This document shows, piece by piece, positions 1 through 10,475 of a stretch of 32,000 nt of DNA. The stretch is from Archaeoglobus fulgidus DSM 4304. Its GTDB lineage: Archaea; Halobacteriota; Archaeoglobi; Archaeoglobales; Archaeoglobaceae. The stretch is from the NCBI RefSeq assembly GCF_000008665.1, contig NC_000917.1, positions 1,770,001-1,802,000 on the forward strand. Reading direction: 5' to 3'. The notes below the pieces were generated by a model. It had not been told where the DNA came from and searched no databases. It worked only from the letters and a program-made list of their open reading frames with translations. Position 1 is the first letter of the stretch, and each line of letters starts with the position of its first letter. The translations under genes and the position numbers were made by a program.

Positions 1-420
1 CTCCCTCCAACAAAGGTGTGCCCAATCTCGCCGGCCGCACCCCTACCCCTGTAAATCTTCCCGTCGGCAACAATCCCCCCTCCAATACCCGTTCCAACCG
101 TCACCGCAAGCAAATGCCTGAAGTTCAGAGTTTTGGCGGCAAAGTAAGCGAAACAGTTCGCGTCATTGTCCACAATGAACGGAACATCGAGCTCCATTTT
201 CGGAATTGCTGGAAGATTAGGTGCCTTAACGGGCTTACCGTCAACAAACCAAACAGCCACACCGATTCCAACGGCCTCAGCATCACCAAAATTTTTCTCG
301 ATGAAGTCGGATAAGTTCTGAATAACTTCCGAGGTTCTGAAGCTCTTTATTTGGAAGACGTTTCCTTCCAGAACGGCAACATCGGTGTTTGTCCCCCCAA
401 CGTCGATTCCGACAATCATG
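1..420 (-). CDS. ROK-family (glucokinase-like/acetate-sugar kinase-Hsp70-actin fold) protein, N-terminal part, runs off the left edge
   Basis: Own minus-strand translation from ATG at 420..418: [19 protein letters not shown]...[55 protein letters not shown]. It contains the phosphate-1 [19 protein letters not shown] and AGEIGHT motifs. Absent from the ORF track because it is truncated. Confidence 0.9.
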
Positions 421-461
421 ATAGAGCAACAACGTTATTAAATTTAAAACGCACTGTAACT

Positions 462-1070
462 ATGGTCAAACTTCTGACGAGGGAAGAGGGCGAAAAAGCC
501 GTCAGGCTTGCAAGGGAGGCTATAGAGCACTACCTTGAGGAAAGGAAAATACTCCAAAAAAGACTTGACGGCGTTTTCTCCCAAAAAAGAGGGGTTTTCA
601 CAACTCTGACAAAGCACGGAAATTTGAGGGGTTGCATTGGCTTTCCCTATCCGGTTAAAAGGCTTGACGAGGCGATAATAGAGTCCGCAATCGCCGCTGC
701 GGTTGACGATCCACGTTTCGAGCCTGTGAGGCTGAGCGAGATGAACGAAATCATTGTTGAGGTGACCATCTTAACTCCGCCTGAGAGAATTGATGCCAAG
801 CCCAAAGACCTACCCAACCACGTCGAAATTGGGAGACATGGTCTTATAGTAAAAATGGGCCCCTTCTCAGGTCTCCTCCTGCCTCAGGTTGCCGTGGAGT
901 ACAACATGGACGCCGAGGAGTTCCTCAGCGAGACTTGCATGAAAGCAGGCCTACCACCGGACTGCTGGCTCACCGGAGCGGAGGTTTACAGGTTCGAGGG
1001 GCAGATATTCAAGGAAAAAGAGCCAAGAGGGGAGGTTGTGGAGGTGGATATAAAAAGCTGTGGGATTTAG
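462..1070 (+). CDS. AMMECR1-domain protein
   Basis: ORF 351..1070; the internal ATG at 462 ([25 protein letters not shown]) is the likely start. [35 protein letters not shown] is the AMMECR1 signature. Confidence 0.93.
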
Positions 1071-2008
1071 CTCGCTACGCTTTCCCACCTTTTCTGTATG
1101 TCCCTGAACTTCTCCCTCGAAAGCTTGTAGTACTCCTCAGCCTTCGAGTACTCCTTCATTTCTCTGTAGAGGTCTCCAAGATGCCTGTACGCTGCGGCTA
1201 CGAACTGCATGAAGTCCGCATCAATCCTTTCGAGATTCTGGAAAATCTCCAGCGCCTCCTTGAACATTTTCTCAGCCTCCTGATACCTTCCGAGCTTCTT
1301 TCGGAACATCGCGTAGTTGCTCAGCAGAATGGCCAGGTTAAGCTTGAAGGACTCTGCCTCCTCCACGAGTTCCCTGTACAGCTTCTCCGCCTCTCTGTAG
1401 CACTCCTCAGCCTCGTCAAAGTCTCCGAGTTTTACGTAAATCTCCGATGCGGTCGCAAGGCTTTCCGCAAGCTCTTCTTTGGTGCCAATCTTTCTCCTTA
1501 TCTCTAAAGCCTCTTCGGCCTTAACCTTGGCCTCGTTGTACTTTCCCATGTCGTAGTAAAGCGTTGCGAGGTCGTTTTCAATGGCTGCAAGCATCTCTTC
1601 ATCTCTGTTTTCCTCGCATATTTTTTCCGCCTCCGTGTACATCCTCTCCGCGTTTTCTTTCATGTCCATCAGAATCAATGCTCTCGCAGCGTTTCTCATC
1701 AAAACCGGCGTTATGGATTTCATTCCAAGCTCAATGGTGAGCTTTATCGCATTAACAGATGAAACAACGCAGGAAACGAGAGATTGCTTGTCCTGCCTCT
1801 CGACCGCGTCCTGAGAAGCGTAAACGAAGTGAAGTATCAGCATGAGTTTTTTCCAGATTCCATCAAGCTTTTTAATCTCCTCAGCATCTCTGAAGGACTT
1901 CTCTATCCTCTCCCTTAGCTCTTCAGGTGCGGATTGCTTTACAAGCTCAAAAGCATCAAGAATTTTTCCTTCCCGAATCAGCCTTTCAACCTCTTTTACA
2001 ATTTCCAT
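1067..2008 (-). CDS. Tetratricopeptide-repeat protein
   Basis: Tandem TPR-like units: [73 protein letters not shown]. Confidence 0.88.
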
Positions 2009-2114
2009 GCGGGCTATTTTTTCGAACCTTTAAAAGCTTTTTGAGGTTGTATGAGCCCATTAATAGTGTAATTATTCGTAATTGCCTACAAACTCAAAAA
2101 GAAATAAAAGCTAA

Positions 2115-2540
2115 TTACTCAATCTGCACGGCCTTTCTGTCCTTCTTCAGCTTCGGAATGGTTATCTCAAGGACTCCGTTGTTGTACTTGGCCTTGACAG
2201 CATCGATGTCAAGTCCAGCAGGCAGCGCAATCCTCCTGTAAACCTTTCCCATCCTTCTCTCCCTTCTGAGGTACTCACCCTTCTTCTCCTCGAACTCCTC
2301 CTTCTTCTCCGCCTTTATGACTAAATCTCCATCCTCAAAGTAAATCTCCAGATCCTCCTTGCTGAATCCCGGCAGGTCCGCGACAACTCTGATCTGCTCG
2401 CCCTCGTCAATAACATCGACCGGCATTGTCACCCTGAACTCCTTCACCTCAGGGAATCTGCCAAACTCTTCCAGCAGCCTGTTAAACCTCTCCTGCATCC
2501 TTCTCAGCTCCTCAAACGGGTCAATCAACATCCCCATCAC
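2115..2540 (-). CDS. hsp20: Hsp20/alpha-crystallin small heat shock protein
   Basis: Alpha-crystallin domain: IRVVADLPGFSKEDLEIYFEDGDLVIKAEK...GKVYRRIALPAGLDIDAVKAKYNNGVLEITIPK. Confidence 0.96.
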   Translation of the reverse strand: MMGMLIDPFEELRRMQERFNRLLEEFGRFPEVKEFRVTMPVDVIDEGEQIRVVADLPGFSKEDLEIYFEDGDLVIKAEKKEEFEEKKGEYLRRERRMGKVYRRIALPAGLDIDAVKAKYNNGVLEITIPKLKKDRKAVQIE

Positions 2541-2545
2541 CTCCC

Positions 2546-2590
2546 CCTAACCTTTCTTTCCTAACTTACTTAACCTAACTTTATGTTAGG
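2546..2590. promoter_or_regulatory. Operator array at the hsp20 promoter: three CCTAAC half-sites plus an inverted GTTAGG
   Basis: CCTAAC at 2546-2551, 2560-2565 and 2574-2579 (exact 14-nt period), then TTTAT and GTTAGG 2585-2590, giving CTAAC-N5-GTTAG. Confidence 0.75.
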
Positions 2591-2595
2591 TAGTC

Positions 2596-2605
2596 GAAAT
2601 ATAAA
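2596..2605 (-). promoter_or_regulatory. Putative TATA box for hsp20
   Basis: Minus strand reads CTTTATATTTC just upstream of the CTAAC operator array. Confidence 0.5.
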
Positions 2606-2648
2606 GTTTTCTGTTCAGATTTTTAAGAAGCGTCGGAGTAATTGCAAC

Positions 2649-3632
2649 GTGAGATGTGTTGTATGCGGAAGAGAAATTGAAACCGGGAGTTTGTGCGGAA
2701 AATGCATGGTTGAGAAGGAAGAAGTTGCCAAAATCGACGAATTTGAGATTACCGTATGCAGCAGATGCAATTTAATTAGGCTGGGAAACAGGTGGGTTGA
2801 GAGGAGCGTTGAGGAAGTTATCGAAGAAATGGTTTTGAGAAATGCAAGAGTTGTTGAGGAGTTTAACGTTACCGAAGTTGCGATATCCCAGGAGCACTGC
2901 GTCTTCAGGGGTGAGATTTCTGGCGATGAGGTTAAGATCTTAGTTCCACTGAAGTACAGGATAAACAAAGTGCTCTGCGAGAAGTGCAGCAGGGAGGCTG
3001 GGGGGTATTACGAGTCAATAGTGCAGCTGAGGGCTGCCGGAAGAGAGCTAAGTGACGAAGAAATTGAAAAAGCCTTAGAAATTGTGGATGAGGTTATTTC
3101 AAGCGCTCCCGAAGATCAGAAGGCCTTTATTTCAAAGCTTGAGAGGAAGAGGGAGGGTGTCAACATATTCTTCGGAAGCAGAAACATAGGCAAAAAGGTA
3201 TCAAGGATGATTATGAAAAAGCTCGGGGGGAGCATCACGGAGAGCAAGAAGCTGCACACGCGAATCGACGGCAGAGACGTTTACAGATTCACCTACTCGG
3301 TCAAACTGCCTGAATACAGAGAAGGAGACATTGTAGAGAAAGAGGGGAGGTTCGCAGTTGTCAGAAACTCCGTGGCTGGAAAGGGTCTGGACATACTCAC
3401 AGGAAAAACCGTCAACCTCGGCAATGAGAGGGTAGCGGTGAGAAGAGAAGACCTGAAGAGCGGTGTTGTGGTTAACGCTGACCCCAATGCGGTTGAAGTT
3501 GTTTGCGAGGATGGAAGGCTTGTGACGACTCCGAAACCTTCGGGAGCGGAGATTGGCGCTGAGGTGAAGGTTTTCGAAATAAATGGCAAATTCTTCTCCG
3601 TGTATGAAGGCGGTCAGAGTTCCGAAGAGTGA
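2649..3632 (+). CDS. NMD3-family (60S export factor-like) zinc-ribbon protein
   Basis: ORF 2583..3632; likely GTG start at 2649 (VRCVVCGREIETGSLCGKCMVEKEE...ITVCSRCNLIRLGNRW...VLCEKCSREAGGYYESIVQLRA). Paired CxxC motifs and NMD3-type QLR. Confidence 0.85.
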   Translation: MRCVVCGREIETGSLCGKCMVEKEEVAKIDEFEITVCSRCNLIRLGNRWVERSVEEVIEEMVLRNARVVEEFNVTEVAISQEHCVFRGEISGDEVKILVPLKYRINKVLCEKCSREAGGYYESIVQLRAAGRELSDEEIEKALEIVDEVISSAPEDQKAFISKLERKREGVNIFFGSRNIGKKVSRMIMKKLGGSITESKKLHTRIDGRDVYRFTYSVKLPEYREGDIVEKEGRFAVVRNSVAGKGLDILTGKTVNLGNERVAVRREDLKSGVVVNADPNAVEVVCEDGRLVTTPKPSGAEIGAEVKVFEINGKFFSVYEGGQSSEE

Positions 3633-4593
3633 GGCAGAGCAGGTTAGAAGGCTGGCGGAGAAGCTCGGTGTCAAGGACAAGAGCAGGAGGATTACGGCAA
3701 CCGGAGACTACGTTGAGATTCCGATTATTGACTCTGCCGAGAGTTTTTTCAAGGGATACACTATAGTTGAGCAGGACAATCCTGTTTTTTCGAGAAAAAG
3801 GAGTCTTCGGGAAATTCTTAGGGGAAAGGTGCCGGAGGAGCTTATTCCCACAAATTACAAGGTTATTGGCGACATCGTCGTCGTTAAGCTCGATGAAAGG
3901 GCCAGGGAGTATGCCAAGGTGATTGGAGAGGCTCTGATGCAGATTAACCCCTGCAAGGCGGTCTGGTGTGATTACGGCAGATACGGGATGAAGAGAAAGC
4001 CGAGAATGGAGCTGATCGCAGGGGAAGGGAGCGTTACGGAGCACAGGGAGAACGGGTGCAGGTTCAGGATTGACGTCGCCAAGGTCATGTTTAGCCTGGG
4101 CAACCAGGCGGAGAGAATGAGAATCGCGAGGCTCGTTGAAGATGGGGAGGTGGTTGTTGACATGTTCGCGGGCATCGGATACTTCTCAATACCGATCGCC
4201 GTCCACTCAAAGGCAAGGAGAATATACTCCATTGAAATTAACCCTGAGTCCTACAAACTCCTTCTTGAGAATATAAAGCTGAATGACGTCGGAAATATAG
4301 TTCCGATTCTGGGCGATTCCCAGTTCGTTACGCCTGAGGGTGTAGCGGACAGGGTTGTCATGGGGCACATTTACTGCCACGATTACCTCCACACCGCCAT
4401 AAGGGCTCTGAAGGAGAGGGGTGTTGTGCACTACCACGAGGCAACTCCTGAAGCGGTTATTGACAGGCCCGTAAGGAGGGTGGAGAAAGCCTGCAGGAAA
4501 ATGGGGAAAAAATGCAGAATATTGGGTTTTAAGAAGGTTAAAAATTACTCTCCGGGTGTTTATCACGTTGTTGTGGACGCTGAAGTTTACTGA
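3604..4593 (+). CDS. Trm5/Taw2-family tRNA(G37)/wybutosine-pathway SAM methyltransferase
   Basis: Frame 3583..4593, ATG at 3604. [80 protein letters not shown]. Confidence 0.83.
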   Translation: MKAVRVPKSEAEQVRRLAEKLGVKDKSRRITATGDYVEIPIIDSAESFFKGYTIVEQDNPVFSRKRSLREILRGKVPEELIPTNYKVIGDIVVVKLDERAREYAKVIGEALMQINPCKAVWCDYGRYGMKRKPRMELIAGEGSVTEHRENGCRFRIDVAKVMFSLGNQAERMRIARLVEDGEVVVDMFAGIGYFSIPIAVHSKARRIYSIEINPESYKLLLENIKLNDVGNIVPILGDSQFVTPEGVADRVVMGHIYCHDYLHTAIRALKERGVVHYHEATPEAVIDRPVRRVEKACRKMGKKCRILGFKKVKNYSPGVYHVVVDAEVY

Positions 4594-5555
4594 AGCTTCT
4601 CGGCAATTTCCTTGGAGTGGTAGGTTATGATGAGGTCCGCTCCAGCCCTTTTTATGGAAATCAGAACCTCGTAGATTGCCTCCTCGCTCAGCCAGCCGTT
4701 CTTTATCGCAGCTTTGATCATGCTGTACTCTCCGCTCACGTTGTACGCTGCCAAAGGCAAATCGAAGCGCTCCCGTACCATTCTTATAATGTCGAGGTAG
4801 GGCAGGGCCGGCTTGACCATGATTATGTCCGCTCCCTCTTTGACATCAAGCTCGATCTCCCTCATCGCCTCTCTGGCATTGTGGATATCCATCTGATACC
4901 CCCTTCTGTCACCAAACTTGAACCCGCTCTCCGCAGCATCTCTGAAGGGAGAGTAGAAGTTGGAAGCATACTTGGCGGAGTAGCTCATAATGGGAGTGCT
5001 CTCAAAACCCGCTGCATCAAGGGCCTCTCTTATCGCCTTAACCATTCCATCCATCATTCCGGATGGCGCAACAATGTCCGCTCCGCTTTCCGCATGGCTC
5101 ACAGCAGTTTTCCCGATTATGGGCAATGTCTCATCATTCACAATCTCCCCATCCTTTACAACACCGCAGTGGCCGTGAGTTGTGTACTCGCAGAGGCAGA
5201 CGTCCGTTACGATTACAGCATCCGGAAACTCAGCCTTAATTCGCCTGACGGCTTTCTGTATTACACCATTTTGGTCATAAGCAGAAGAACCAGTTTCGTC
5301 CTTATAGGAGGGGATGCCAAAAAGGATGAAGCTTCTCAGGTCCTTCTCGAGGCACTCCTCAACCTCCTTATCAACCATCTCCAGCGGAATTCTGAAGTAG
5401 TCAGGCATGGATTCGATCGGCTTCTTTTCTTTAATATTTTCATCAACGAAAATCGGTGTTATGAGATTCTCAGGACTCAGCCTTGCTTCTCTGAACATCC
5501 ACCTCAGGTTTGCCTTCCTCAACCTTCGCATCCTTACCTTCGGAAACTCTGCCAT
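4587..5555 (-). CDS. hemB: Delta-aminolevulinic acid dehydratase (porphobilinogen synthase)
   Basis: [30 protein letters not shown]; [14 protein letters not shown]; [17 protein letters not shown]; [13 protein letters not shown]. The ORF is open to 5573; the start is likely at MAEFPKV or MEMAEF. Confidence 0.96.
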   Translation of the reverse strand: MAEFPKVRMRRLRKANLRWMFREARLSPENLITPIFVDENIKEKKPIESMPDYFRIPLEMVDKEVEECLEKDLRSFILFGIPSYKDETGSSAYDQNGVIQKAVRRIKAEFPDAVIVTDVCLCEYTTHGHCGVVKDGEIVNDETLPIIGKTAVSHAESGADIVAPSGMMDGMVKAIREALDAAGFESTPIMSYSAKYASNFYSPFRDAAESGFKFGDRRGYQMDIHNAREAMREIELDVKEGADIIMVKPALPYLDIIRMVRERFDLPLAAYNVSGEYSMIKAAIKNGWLSEEAIYEVLISIKRAGADLIITYHSKEIAEKLQ

Positions 5556-6783
5556 TTCCATCACCGAAAACATACTTTATGGACTCAATAACGTGAAACT
5601 CATCCTTCCTCGCCGCCTCCCTCAGGCGAACTGTAGGCTCTCTCAGGAATTTCTTAATGAGGGAGTTGGCAAAATCGTTGAGAATTTCCTTAACATCCTC
5701 TGAAACGCCGTATCTCGCGTTTAGCTTTGCGTAAAGCTCCTCCACCTCTTCGCCAACGAACCTCTCAGCGAGAGAGTACATGGCTGCAATGGCGTCTCTG
5801 GCGGAGATGTCCTTCAAGAGCAGCTTTAGCTGCTCAAGCTCCTCCTCAATAATCCCCTCAACCTTTGCTATCTCCTCCCTCCTTCTGGCAAGGTTCTCCT
5901 CGCTTATTCTCCTCAAATCATCGATCGTGAGTAGCTCAACTCCGTCAAGTTGTGCAACGCTCTCATCCACGTCTCTCGGCAAGGCTATGTCAATGATGAG
6001 AAGCTTCTGACTTCTCTCCCTCATAGCCCTCTCCACGTCCCCCCTCGTTATGACGGCGTGGGGTGCGGAGGTTGCGGATATGACGACGTCGCAGACCTTG
6101 AGGTAATCAACCAGTTTGTCAAACTTTACTGCAACCCCGCCAATTCGTTTTGCAAGCTCCTCAGCCTTCTCGTACGTTCTGTTGGCTATTAAAACAGCCT
6201 CTACTTCCTTACCTGCAATGGCCTTTGCAACGAGCGTGCCCATTTCCCCCGCACCTACGAGCAAAGCCTTCTTTCCCTTCAGCGTTCCCAGAACTCTCTC
6301 CGCCACCTCAACCGCAGCAGAGCCAATCGACACCGAGCCTTTCGAAATTGCCGTCTCTCTCCTAACCCTTCTCCCGACCTGAACGGCCTTGCCGAAAACC
6401 CTCTCCAGAACCTCCCCAGCCTGCCCACCTTCCCTGCAGAGATTAAAGCACTGCCTTACCTGACCGAGAATCTGCTCCTCCCCAACAATCATCGACTCTA
6501 TTCCCGAAGCAACTCTCAGCAGGTGCCTCAGGCAGCTCTCACCAACAAAAATTTCAGCCTTTCCGGTTATACCAAGCTCCTCCGCAATATCTTGAAGACA
6601 GCTTTTCAGATTCTCGCCAACGAGATAGATTTCGAAGCGATTGCATGTGAAGATGTAAGCATACTCGGAAAAACTGCATTTCGAAATCACATCCTCCAGT
6701 CTCGGCTTTACAGTAAGCCAGATTTTCTCAATTTCCTCAACTTTGGCATTTTTGTGAGAAATCGTTATGCATCCAATTTCCAT
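5470..6783 (-). CDS. hemA: Glutamyl-tRNA reductase
   Basis: [71 protein letters not shown]. Confidence 0.96.
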   Translation of the reverse strand: MEIGCITISHKNAKVEEIEKIWLTVKPRLEDVISKCSFSEYAYIFTCNRFEIYLVGENLKSCLQDIAEELGITGKAEIFVGESCLRHLLRVASGIESMIVGEEQILGQVRQCFNLCREGGQAGEVLERVFGKAVQVGRRVRRETAISKGSVSIGSAAVEVAERVLGTLKGKKALLVGAGEMGTLVAKAIAGKEVEAVLIANRTYEKAEELAKRIGGVAVKFDKLVDYLKVCDVVISATSAPHAVITRGDVERAMRERSQKLLIIDIALPRDVDESVAQLDGVELLTIDDLRRISEENLARRREEIAKVEGIIEEELEQLKLLLKDISARDAIAAMYSLAERFVGEEVEELYAKLNARYGVSEDVKEILNDFANSLIKKFLREPTVRLREAARKDEFHVIESIKYVFGDGNGRVSEGKDAKVEEGKPEVDVQRSKAES

Positions 6784-6882
6784 CTTATAGTTCAGAATTC
6801 ACAAGTGCTTTTTAAGTTTTTTATTCAGCAATGCTGAAAAGCAAAAATTAAAATGATAAAATGGTGGAGACTCCCGGAACGG

Positions 6883-8079
6883 TTAAACGAACATCACTCC
6901 CTTCAAATCGGGTATCGGAGTCGTCTTCTTGAGCACCTTCTCTATCGCCTTGGTGAAGTCCAGCATTGTAACCTTCGCCCTCTCCTCTCTGATGGCAAAC
7001 ATCCCTGCCTCGGTGCATATCGCCTTGATGTCCGCTCCACTCGCACCCTCCGTGATTCTCGCAAGCTCCTTGAAGTCAACGTCCTCCGCAAGCTTCATCT
7101 TCCTCGTGTGTATCTTGAAAATCTGTATCCTCCCCTCGAACGTTGGTAGCGGAACCTCTATTATTCTGTCAAACCTTCCAGGTCGAAGGATTGCTGGGTC
7201 GAGTATGTCGATCCTGTTCGTCGCACCGATGACCTTCACATCCCCTCTCGGGTCGAAGCCGTCAAGCTCAGCTAAGAGCTGCATCATCGTCCTCTGAACC
7301 TCCCTGTCACCGCTGGTATCGCTGTTTGTCCTTCTCGCAGCTATTGCATCAAGCTCATCTATGAATATTATTGAAGGTGCCTTCTCCTTTGCGAGCTGGA
7401 ACACCTCTCTGACCAGCCTTGCTCCCTCTCCGATGTACTTCTGAACGAACTCGCTGCCAACCACACGTATGAACGTTGCCCTCGTCTGGTTTGCGACCGC
7501 TTTGGCCAGCAAGGTTTTACCCGTACCCGGCGGACCGTAGAGCAGCACACCCTTGGGCGGCTCTATGCCAACTTCCGCGAAAAGCTCCGGTTTCAGCAGC
7601 GGCAGCTCAACAGCCTCTCTGATTTCCTCAATCTGTACATCAAGACCTCCTATGTCCTCGTAGCTAACTTCTGGCTTCTCCTCCACCTCAAAGCCGTAAA
7701 CCATTGGGTCTTTGGATGTTGGAAGGACATTCACTATTGCCAGCGTCTGCTGGTTTAAAGCGACTCTCGCACCCGGCTTGAGTTCTTCCTCATTGATGTA
7801 CTGCGAGGTGTTGACAACGAACTTCGGTCCGGTTGAGCTCTTCACAACAACTCTTCCGTCTTCAAGTATGTCTGAAACAACACCTACGAGTAATGGCGGT
7901 GAGCGTAATCTTTCAACTTCACTTCTCAGCCTTCTTACTTCTCTTTCATACCTTATTCTTTCGCTTTCGATAAACTTCTTCTCGTCTTCCAATCTGCGAT
8001 AAAGCTCTCTAAGCTTGTAGTAATCCTCCTCCAGCTTCTTCAACTTTTCCAGGAGGTATTGTATTTCGCTATCGCCCAT
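6883..8079 (-). CDS. pan: Proteasome-activating nucleotidase (AAA+ ATPase)
   Basis: N-terminal coiled coil, OB-like domain, [78 protein letters not shown]. Confidence 0.95.
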   Translation of the reverse strand: MGDSEIQYLLEKLKKLEEDYYKLRELYRRLEDEKKFIESERIRYEREVRRLRSEVERLRSPPLLVGVVSDILEDGRVVVKSSTGPKFVVNTSQYINEEELKPGARVALNQQTLAIVNVLPTSKDPMVYGFEVEEKPEVSYEDIGGLDVQIEEIREAVELPLLKPELFAEVGIEPPKGVLLYGPPGTGKTLLAKAVANQTRATFIRVVGSEFVQKYIGEGARLVREVFQLAKEKAPSIIFIDELDAIAARRTNSDTSGDREVQRTMMQLLAELDGFDPRGDVKVIGATNRIDILDPAILRPGRFDRIIEVPLPTFEGRIQIFKIHTRKMKLAEDVDFKELARITEGASGADIKAICTEAGMFAIREERAKVTMLDFTKAIEKVLKKTTPIPDLKGVMFV

Positions 8080-8181
8080 ATTTTATCCCTCAATTTTATT
8101 TTTTGCTTCCCTCTACGTTCCGGAAGCCTCCAAATACATATATATCACTCATCATATAAGAACTTGTTGCTGGTGAGTGAA

Positions 8182-8652
8182 ATGAACTGCGAAATCTGTG
8201 GCAGAGAGATTAAGGGAAAAGGCTTCAAGATTGTTGTTGAGGGCAGTGAGGTTACGGTTTGCGGCTCCTGCAGACAGTTCGGAACTGAAAAGAAGCCCTC
8301 CGTAGCATCTCAGCAGGGGGCGAGAAGGGTCGTTCTGAAAAAGAAGAGGGGTTCGACAAAAATCGAGTTCACAGAGGAGCTTGTTGAGAACTTCCACATT
8401 ATTATCAGGCGAGAAAGGGAAAAGAGAGGCTGGAGTCAGGAGCAGCTTGCAAAGAAGATTCAGGAGAAGGAGTCTTTGATAAAGAAAATCGAGAATGCGG
8501 AGATTACACCTGAGCCTGAGGTTGTGGAGAAGCTGGAGAAGCTGTTCAACATCAAGCTGAGAGAGCAGGTTCCCGAAATCAAAATTGAGAAGAGCAAGAG
8601 CCTTGTTCCAACACTGGGCGACGTTGTTGTTGTGAAGAGAAAGAAGAAATAA
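8182..8652 (+). CDS. MBF1-like protein (zinc ribbon plus Cro/C1 HTH)
   Basis: ATG at 8182: MNCEICGREIKGKGFKIVVEGSEVTVCGSCRQFG; HTH KRGWSQEQLAKKIQEKESLIKKIENAEITPEPEVVEKLEKLFNIKL. Confidence 0.92.
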   Translation: MNCEICGREIKGKGFKIVVEGSEVTVCGSCRQFGTEKKPSVASQQGARRVVLKKKRGSTKIEFTEELVENFHIIIRREREKRGWSQEQLAKKIQEKESLIKKIENAEITPEPEVVEKLEKLFNIKLREQVPEIKIEKSKSLVPTLGDVVVVKRKKK

Positions 8653-8679
8653 TTTAAGTCCAGAGCATTAAAGAGCTGC

Positions 8680-8988
8680 ATGCACAACTTCATCTACATA
8701 ACCGCCCCTTCTTTGGAGGAGGCGGAAAGAATAGCGAAGAGGCTCCTTGAGAAAAAACTCGCAGCCTGCGTAAACATCTTTCCCATTAAATCTTTCTTCT
8801 GGTGGGAGGGAAAGATAGAGGCAGCAACTGAGTTTGCCATGATCGTTAAAACGAGGTCGGAGAAGTTTGCCGAAGTCAGGGATGAGGTAAAGGCGATGCA
8901 CAGCTACACAACTCCCTGCATATGCGCAATACCGATAGAAAGAGGGCTCAAGGAGTTTCTCGATTGGATAGACGAGACAGTCGAATGA
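8680..8988 (+). CDS. cutA: CutA-like divalent cation tolerance protein
   Basis: MHNFIYITAPSLEEAERIAKRLLEKKLAACVNIFPIKSFFWWEGKIEAATEFAMIVKTR...YTTPCICAIPIERG. Confidence 0.95.
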   Translation: MHNFIYITAPSLEEAERIAKRLLEKKLAACVNIFPIKSFFWWEGKIEAATEFAMIVKTRSEKFAEVRDEVKAMHSYTTPCICAIPIERGLKEFLDWIDETVE

Positions 8989-9680
8989 GGAGGGTCGGAA
9001 CATACGGTGGAAGGAAATTGATAGAGTACGATCAGGAGCGCTGGAACATACTCGCAGAGAAAAGGGAGCGGGCAAAGGAGGTAATGGAGTCCTTACTTTC
9101 ATTCGGAATCGAAAGCGTTGTTTACGGCAGCGTTGCGAGAGGGGATGTGAACGAAAAAAGTGACGTGGACATCTTCATCCCCGAGGTTATACCCTCTTAT
9201 AAGGTTGAGGTCGCTCTTGACGGCTTCGAAGTCCTTGAAAAAAGAATCGTCCAGGCAACTCCAAACTACGCCATAAAGGGAGAATTTGTGCTGTCCGACA
9301 ACACCACCGTCAGTTTTCCACTGGTCAGGATGAGGGAAAGGGAGATGGACTTTTACAGGTTCGGAGGCTGTGTTGATTACAGGGGGTTGATGGAGAAGCG
9401 AAGAGTGCCGGGAGTGGACAAAAGACTCGTTCTGATAATTCCCACCGGAAAAGGGCATCGCGAAATCCCTCTTACAGACATTCATCCGAGCAGCGTGGCG
9501 AGAATGCTCGGAGTGTCAATAGACATCGTGACGGAGAGAATAAGGGTTCTGACGAGAAGGAGAGAGGTCGGAAGGACGGGCATCTTTCTCTGCGAGACAA
9601 TTCCTTCAACTGACTGCTTCGAGCAGGCTCTTAAGGAAATCGCCTCCAGAAACCCTGCGGTAAGGAGAAGGCTCGACTAA
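8985..9680 (+). CDS. Archaeal nucleotidyltransferase-fold protein
   Basis: Internal ATG at 8985 forms an ATGA overlap with the cutA stop. VVYGSVARGDVNEKSDVDIFIPE is the NTase GSxARGDxxxxSDxD motif. Confidence 0.85.
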   Translation: MRRVGTYGGRKLIEYDQERWNILAEKRERAKEVMESLLSFGIESVVYGSVARGDVNEKSDVDIFIPEVIPSYKVEVALDGFEVLEKRIVQATPNYAIKGEFVLSDNTTVSFPLVRMREREMDFYRFGGCVDYRGLMEKRRVPGVDKRLVLIIPTGKGHREIPLTDIHPSSVARMLGVSIDIVTERIRVLTRRREVGRTGIFLCETIPSTDCFEQALKEIASRNPAVRRRLD

Positions 9681-9790
9681 CCGAACTTCTTGCTCAGCTT
9701 TATCGCGTTCAGCAGGGTTAAGGTGTACACGGCGAACAGGGCAATCAAAACGACCATCGAAGCCAGCATTACTGCTGTGTAATCATTCAT
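9677..9790 (-). CDS. CcmD-like small single-pass membrane protein (37 aa)
   Basis: Own translation: MNDYTAVMLASMVVLIALFAVYTLTLLNAIKLSKKFG*. One TM helix then a basic tail, directly downstream of and overlapping ccmC by 8 nt. Below the ORF-track size threshold. Confidence 0.65.
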   Translation of the reverse strand: MNDYTAVMLASMVVLIALFAVYTLTLLNAIKLSKKFG

Positions 9791-10445
9791 TTTCCATCAC
9801 CTCCAATTTCTCCCTTATTTCGGAAATTTTCGAATCCAGAAGGAAAAAGGCGATGTAGAGCAAAATGAACGCGATTATCATAACTCCCAACAGCATTCCC
9901 CTCTCCGTATCAAAGCTCACTTCGAAAGGTTTTGGATGAAGCGGGGAGAGGAGAGACGAAAAATAGCTCATCGGAACCGTGACGAAGGCGAAGATGGAGT
10001 AGATGGCTGAGTATCTCGCCTTCACCGCATAATCCTCAATGCTCGCTCTCAAACCGAAGTACGCAGCGTAGGCAAACCAGAGGACGAGAACAAACGTCTC
10101 TCTCGGGTCCCAGTTCCAGTAGCTCCCCCAAGCGACCTTTGCCCATATCGAGCCGCTTATGAGAGCGGCGGTAATCATAGCAAAACCGAATTTTGCTGAG
10201 CTCACAGCCTGAACATCCCTTCTGTAGTTCTCCGTTTTGAGAAAAACAACTGAGAAGGCCAGAGTTACCGCGAATGCCACAAAAGAAGTAACGGCTGCGG
10301 GGACGTGAAAGAATATTATTCTGTAGTTCTCAGCTATTGTCGGCGATGAAACGGGAGCGAGTGAGAGTACCTTGTAAACACCGTAAACGAGCATCGCGAA
10401 GCCGGAGAAGAAGCACAAAGCTGAGGCTTTAGACCACATGACCAA
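9783..10445 (-). CDS. ccmC: Cytochrome c biogenesis/heme exporter protein CcmC (CcsA superfamily)
   Basis: Six-TM protein with the WWD-type motif WGSYWNWDPRETFVLVLWFAYAAYF and conserved His (FFHVPAA). Confidence 0.9.
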   Translation of the reverse strand: MVMWSKASALCFFSGFAMLVYGVYKVLSLAPVSSPTIAENYRIIFFHVPAAVTSFVAFAVTLAFSVVFLKTENYRRDVQAVSSAKFGFAMITAALISGSIWAKVAWGSYWNWDPRETFVLVLWFAYAAYFGLRASIEDYAVKARYSAIYSIFAFVTVPMSYFSSLLSPLHPKPFEVSFDTERGMLLGVMIIAFILLYIAFFLLDSKISEIREKLEVMENE

Positions 10446-10475
10446 GCGTGTATGAACAAGGCTTTAAGTTTTTCC

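Noticed and set aside
935-2241. Plus-strand ORFs 935..1507, 1581..1814, 1842..2033, 1927..2241
   Set aside because: Antisense to a well-supported TPR protein and the hsp20 region; translations show no domain features.
3201-4566. Minus-strand ORFs 3201..3680, 3293..3589, 3472..4044, 3972..4232, 4207..4566
   Set aside because: Antisense shadows of the NMD3-like and methyltransferase genes.
4617-5591. 324-aa plus-strand ORF antisense to hemB
   Set aside because: Long but on the opposite strand to strongly conserved hemB motifs; the translation has no recognisable family and is expected from codon bias.
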